This document shows, piece by piece, positions 59,255-64,000 of a stretch of DNA of 64,000 nucleotides (position 1 is its first letter; every line of letters starts with the position of its first letter). A program made the translations under genes and the position numbers. This stretch comes from Candidatus Cloacimonadales bacterium (lineage in GTDB: Bacteria; Cloacimonadota; Cloacimonadia; Cloacimonadales; JAFGVF01). The stretch covers positions 2,016,001 through 2,080,000 of the forward strand of contig OY762964.1 of NCBI GenBank assembly GCA_963667035.1, in the 5' to 3' direction. Under the pieces are notes generated by a model. The model made no database searches, was not told the origin of the DNA, and saw only the letters and a list, made by a program, of their open reading frames with translations.

Positions 59255-61666
59255 CTATTTAACAACCATCATCTTGCCTATAGCTTCTTGTCCTTCCGAC
59301 TTAACTCTATAGAAGTATATCCCCGATGCTACAGACTTACGATTGTTATCCCTGCAATCCCATACTTGTGAATAGTACTCACCTGATTGCTTATCCTCTG
59401 ATGATAATCCTGCACTTCTAACAAGCTGTGAGAAACTCTGAGTTATCTTTATATCCCTCACTTTCTGTCATCTGATATTGTATATCTCTAAGGTTGGTTT
59501 TTCTATCGGTTTCTTTGGCAATGTAAACTCTATGAAAGCAATCTTCCCGTCATTTGAATTTGGTGTAACAGGATTAGGGAAATGAGATACCTGGATTGTA
59601 GCAGGTGGTGTCGGGGATGTCTCATCACTATTCGGTGTTGGATTGTATTCATAAGCTCCCATATCAATTATTCCATCCCATACTCTCGGATTTCCTGCAA
59701 TATCTACCGACGGTAGATTCATATCTAACGTATCAGGTGTTCCTGCATTAATACAAGGTGAGCCTTGAGTTAACTGTACCCAAGCAATATCGTTAAGTTC
59801 TACATCTCCATATACATCTCCTCGGAATAGAGGGTCAGCATCTATGTTATGTGCTCCCCAATTTAAAACAGCGTTATTAGAACTAGTTCCACCTATCCCC
59901 TCATACCCATTCCTAATCAAGCAATAATCTACATTAACAATCGACCTTTGAGTTGGTACATATTTATCTCTAACAAATATATACATTTCGCCATAAGAAT
60001 TTGGGTTGTACATGATACTATTATGAATGCTAAACTCACCGAAAACTCTAAGCATTCCTCCATACATTGCATTGTTAGCATAAGTCATGTTATTAACATA
60101 GCAGGGATCAAAATTGCTACCAAAGATTGTTAACACAGTACCGTTATGAGACGATATGTTGTTATACATTAGAAAATTTTTTAACTCTAAGTTTCCTCCT
60201 GGTGAATCCATTGCTGTGTTTGCATATTGGACTAATGTACCGGGATAATCCTGATGATTGTTTGCAACTACTATATTGTTTGCAGTTACATCACTATCAT
60301 CTAGGTTCAAACCTGAAATCCAACCATTACGTGAATTGCTATCATTATTACAAATTACTATATTACTCAAAATAACATTATAGCTTAAATATATTGACAA
60401 ACAGGTAAAATCTAGCAGGCTTGTGACGTTATCATGTATTATACAGTTAGAAATGTTAATATTTTCAGAAAAACTTATACTTATTCCTGGATACTGGGCA
60501 AGTGAGCTACCAAAGTCTAAGTCTGAAATGCATACATTTGAACTATTAGAGATGAACAGAGATGGACTTTTAGTATTGTTATGATATGATGACAGATTAC
60601 TTATCTTAACATTCTCTTGATAATATACAGCAAGCGTGTTCAAATCCCATTCATCACCTAATAAAACATCGCTATTCTCCGAACCTAGACCAAGCATCTT
60701 AGTATTCGATTGTAAAGCAATAGGAAAGATCTGATTATTCAACTCCTTACTATATACTCCTGGAAGAATAAAAACTGTATTAGGATTGTCCTCATTAGGT
60801 TTTATTAAACGAGTAGCACAAGCAATTGACTGTAAAGCTGTTTCAGGAGTTAGTCCATCGTTTAGATTGTCTCCTGTCGGTGATACATATAGATTCGCAT
60901 CCACTTGATTTATGATTGAATTCATTACTGTTATAGTGGGAGCAAGTAAACCTTCAGTAGATTCAAAAGAAACAATATATCCATCAGGAGTATCTAAATC
61001 AATACTTAATGTATCAAGACAAATGTTATTGCAAATAGTGTCAAACAAGCTAATATCCAGTACATCTCCATAATTATTGTATATATTATTAAGATTAACT
61101 GGATCAAACCAAATTGAGCATTGATATCCACCTATGCCTCCTCCCCAGTATACACCAACATTGTTTCTTACTGTGCATCCACTAATGTTTAATGTACAAT
61201 CGCTTCCACAAACAATTCCTCCGCCATAAAATCCATTGTTGTTTTCTACCAAACAATTACTCAAGGTTAATGTACTTGCACTTTTTATAAAAACACCTCC
61301 CCCAAACCTTGAAGTGCTGTAACCAATACCATTTGTAATGGTAAAACCATTAAGAATAGCATTTTCATGTTCCTTGACAAGAATACAAGTAGATAGTTGA
61401 CCTCCATCTATAATGGTCGATTCAACTGTACTCCAATCATCATTATACATGTAATTGCTAGTAACAGTAATACTCTTGCCTGCAAATTCAATGTTCTCAA
61501 GATAAACACCGGAATGCACTAGAATAGTATCGCTATTATAAGAATCATCAATCGCATCTTGAATGGATGTATATTCGTGAGAACCATCAAGTGAGACTTC
61601 TCTAATTGTTGCATTTATGCAAAGTGACGATAGAATAAATATTATAGCGAATAATGTTTTTCTCAT
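59255..61666 (-). pseudogene. secreted right-handed beta-helix protein with T9SS-like CTD, interrupted by in-frame TGA
   Basis: Start MRKTL at 61666; GGG(V/I) repeats, YVSPTGD.LNDG, SPCINAG...IDMGAYEY. CTD reads YNIR*QKVR...SGIYFY...KMMVVK with the stop at 59468-59470. Confidence 0.82.
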
Positions 61667-61685
61667 AAGACCTGCTTTGTCATTA

Positions 61686-61766
61686 CTGGGAACGCGGACA
61701 TCCCTGTCCGCATTCTTTGCATGCAAGATGCCTGCGTTCCTAAAAAGGGGCAGGACTTGCCTGCCC
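61686..61766. repeat. REP-like inverted pair plus hairpin
   Basis: GGAACGCGGACATCCCTGTCCGC...GCAAGATGCCTGCGTTCC, then GGGCAGGacttgCCTGCCC. Confidence 0.6.
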
Positions 61767-61782
61767 ATATAACTATAGTTTA

Positions 61783-62065
61783 ATTTAAGCAACATCATCT
61801 TCTTTGTCAAGATGTTATGATTTGCTTTAAGACGAAAGAAATATATTCTGGAAGGAACAGAACCATTATCTTGATTTTTCCCATCCCAGACAACATTTTT
61901 AGCGACTCAATTGGTATCTCTCGGTTTTGTTTGTCCTTTAACATTGATTATTTGCAACTTTGCATCCAATAACTCTGTTTTGTCTAAATTGATTTCGGAA
62001 GTGGTATTGCCAGATAAAGAATTTCGATAATTATCGGTTTCTGTAAGAATTTGTTCTATCTTCAA
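61783..62065 (-). pseudogene. relic of a FlgD-Ig/T9SS-type C-terminal domain gene
   Basis: LQIINVKGQ...*...VVWDGKNQDNGSVPSRIYFFRLK...KKMMLLK with an internal stop and no 5' part. Confidence 0.7.
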
Positions 62066-62092
62066 TGTGTCTACTATATTTAGGACGTTGTA
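62066..62092 (-). mobile_element. solo left-end IR of the IS3 element
   Basis: TGTGTCTACTATATTTAGGACGTTGTA matches 4935-4961 at 26/27 positions. Confidence 0.85.
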
Positions 62093-62099
62093 AATGAAG

Positions 62100-62306
62100 A
62101 CTTCAAAAGGCTTCCAACTTCCTAAACCATTCCTATTTCACTCCTAATTCCTTCCTATTTTAATCTCTTTAATCGTTCCTTTTAGTCGTCCACCAACCAC
62201 GGGTTTCTTTCGGGTTAGTCTCCCGTTGCTCTCCCGTTGGTCTCCCGTTGCTCGCAACGAGATAGAAACGGGAGAAAAATGAGAGAGAAACTCTCGAAAA
62301 ATTTGT
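62100..62306. repeat. 11-bp-periodic element (longer version of 4962-5050)
   Basis: ttcctaaacca/ttcctatttca/ctcctaattcc/ttcctatttta, then (g/c)TCTCCCGTTG x3 and inverted units. Confidence 0.8.
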
Positions 62307-62671
62307 GGTCGGAGGGGAAAGTAAAGGCGAGTAAAATGAAATAAGGGGTATTGGGAGTATTCCGAAAAGTGTAGAGAATCATCCTGAGCGGAATGACAAA
62401 ATTGAAACATCATTCAGTCACTCTGTGCAAAATGACAGAAACCGGAATATTCCAAAGACTGGTTGAATTATTTATTATGGCTTATAATATGCGTAATTGC
62501 ATTGTGAAATCTACACACTTATCTTTTTACTCCCATAAAGTTGAATTGTTACCGATAACAAATAATTGGTCATTATGATGGGATATCATTAGTTTATAAA
62601 GCGTATGAATAAAGTTGAAAAGGTCAAATAATTAAGTTAATGTAAACTCTTGTTTTAGAGAAAATAATTCA

Positions 62672-62701
62672 TTGACAGAATTAACAATTAGGAAATCTTA
62701 C
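62672..62701 (+). promoter_or_regulatory. putative promoter of ppdK (-35 TTGACA)
   Basis: TTGACA about 80 bp upstream of the ATG; no consensus -10. Confidence 0.45.
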
Positions 62702-62753
62702 CATGAGGAATTAACTTACAAATTACTAATGAATTACATAGACAGGAGGAAAA

Positions 62754-64000
62754 ATGTCTGAAACTAAAAGAGTATATACTTTTGGAAATGGAAAAGCTGA
62801 AGGTAATAGCTCATTAAAGAACCTTTTAGGTGGTAAAGGAGCTAATCTTGCAGAGATGAACTTAATCGGTGTTCCTGTACCTCCGGGATTTACAATCACT
62901 ACCGATGTTTGCACAGAATACTATCAGGTTGGCGAAGAGAAGATGAAAGAGATTCTTAAGCCTGAAGTTGAAGCTGCAGTTAAAACTCTGGAAGAAATCC
63001 TCGAAACCTCTTTCGGTTCTAAAGAAAACCCATTACTCGTATCTGTTCGTTCAGGGGCTAGAGTTTCAATGCCGGGTATGATGGACACAGTTCTTAACCT
63101 CGGTTTGAATGATGATGCGGTTGAAGGAATTGCTAAGAAATCAGGTAATCCTAGATTTGCTTGGGATTCATATCGTCGTTTTGTGCAAATGTACGGCGAC
63201 GTTGTGCTTGATATGAAACCATCTTCAAAGGAAGAAATTGATCCTTTTGAAGAGATTATAGAAGCTGTTAAACATGAGAAAGGCGTTGAGAATGACCTTG
63301 ATCTTGGAACAGAAGACCTTAAAGAGCTTGTAATTCGTTTCAAAGCTGCCGTTAAGAAAAATACAGGTAAAGAATTCCCTGATAACCCTTGGGATCAACT
63401 CTGGGGTGCAATCTTTGCTGTATTCGGTAGCTGGAACAACGAAAGAGCTATCTATTACCGTAAAATGAACGGAATCCCTGGCGAATGGGGTACTGCAGTA
63501 AACGTACAAGCTATGGTTTACGGTAATATGGGTGACAACTCAGCTACCGGTGTTGCTTTCACTCGTGACGCTGCAACCGGTGAAAATATCTTTAACGGTG
63601 AATATCTTATCAATGCACAAGGTGAAGACGTTGTTGCAGGTATCAGAACACCTCAGGAAATCACTCTTGAAGGTTCACACCGTTGGGCAAAACTTGCAGG
63701 CGTTACAGAAGAAGATAGAAAAGCTAAATATCCTTCTCTTGAAGAAGCTATGCCAGTTGTTTACAAAGAACTTTATGCTGTTCAAGAAAAACTTGAAAAT
63801 CATTATCATGATATGCAAGACCTTGAATTCACTATTCAAGATGGCAAACTCTGGTTACTCCAAACTCGTAATGGTAAGAGAACCGGTCCTGCTATGGTAA
63901 GAATGGCTATGGAAATGCTTGAAGAAGACTTTATTGATGAAAAGACAGCTCTTCTTCGTGTAGAACCTGCTAAGCTTGATGAACTTCTTCATCCTGTATT
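62754..64000 (+). CDS. ppdK: pyruvate, phosphate dikinase (3' end outside window)
   Basis: [11 protein letters not shown]...[12 protein letters not shown]...[66 protein letters not shown]. Confidence 0.97.
   Translation, partial: MSETKRVYTFGNGKAEGNSSLKNLLGGKGANLAEMNLIGVPVPPGFTITTDVCTEYYQVGEEKMKEILKPEVEAAVKTLEEILETSFGSKENPLLVSVRSGARVSMPGMMDTVLNLGLNDDAVEGIAKKSGNPRFAWDSYRRFVQMYGDVVLDMKPSSKEEIDPFEEIIEAVKHEKGVENDLDLGTEDLKELVIRFKAAVKKNTGKEFPDNPWDQLWGAIFAVFGSWNNERAIYYRKMNGIPGEWGTAVNVQAMVYGNMGDNSATGVAFTRDAATGENIFNGEYLINAQGEDVVAGIRTPQEITLEGSHRWAKLAGVTEEDRKAKYPSLEEAMPVVYKELYAVQEKLENHYHDMQDLEFTIQDGKLWLLQTRNGKRTGPAMVRMAMEMLEEDFIDEKTALLRVEPAKLDELLHPV

Noticed and set aside
59468..59470. TGA recoded as Gly (code 25) or selenocysteine
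   Set aside because: TGA ends ordinary genes here (maf, the permease, ptsI), the position is a Gly rather than Cys site, and no other in-frame TGA was seen in intact genes.
61667..61810. N-terminal extension of ORF 59468..61810
   Set aside because: It consists of the upstream CTD relic and REP hairpins; the signal peptide starts at 61666.
62502..62519. Rex/CRP-like operator upstream of ppdK (TTGTGAAATCTACACACT)
   Set aside because: Only one good half-site, and far from the putative promoter.
62726..63900. Short ORFs overlapping ppdK
   Set aside because: Antisense or off-frame shadows of ppdK; the same applies to the other short ORFs nested in long genes.

Overview
AT-rich bacterial chromosomal segment, mostly housekeeping. 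It is probably from an FCB-group anaerobe such as Cloacimonadota. This is inferred from the many FlgD-Ig/T9SS-type C-terminal-domain proteins, a PorV-like barrel, the LPS genes, and the HPrK/HPr/EI genes beside rpoN. From left to right: a partial DUF1015 gene, plsC, a PorV-like gene decapitated by an intact IS3-family element, a DUF4153-like gene, a pilin-like gene and rocD. Next come maf, an amidohydrolase, two large secreted CTD proteins and an acyl-CoA dehydrogenase whose last 40 bp are duplicated with synonymous divergence. These are followed by an IS1182 in the tldD-pmbA terminator, an ArsR/thioredoxin/CcdA/permease/ArsC operon, and an operon with a 1825-aa Ser/Thr kinase-NTPase-TPR-GAF-His kinase, a TPR protein and an outer-membrane barrel. 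The right half holds tRNA-Phe, an FAD oxidoreductase, two PHP-family genes, a duplicated REP-like block with a 68-bp tandem array and an MFS transporter. It ends with a ~13-kb kdsA-kdsC-lptCAB-rpoN-lpdA-lipA-hpf-hprK-ptsH-ptsI-pgi cluster, a beta-helix CTD gene with a nonsense codon, a CTD relic beside a lone IS end, and partial ppdK. I found no CRISPR array, rRNA, prophage or recognisable defence island. The best leads are the gene-tail duplication (att-like scar), the 11-bp-periodic intergenic elements associated with IS3 ends, the hybrid kinase operon, and promoters with TTGAC but no consensus -10. All functional calls come from motif recognition by eye; no database searches were run.
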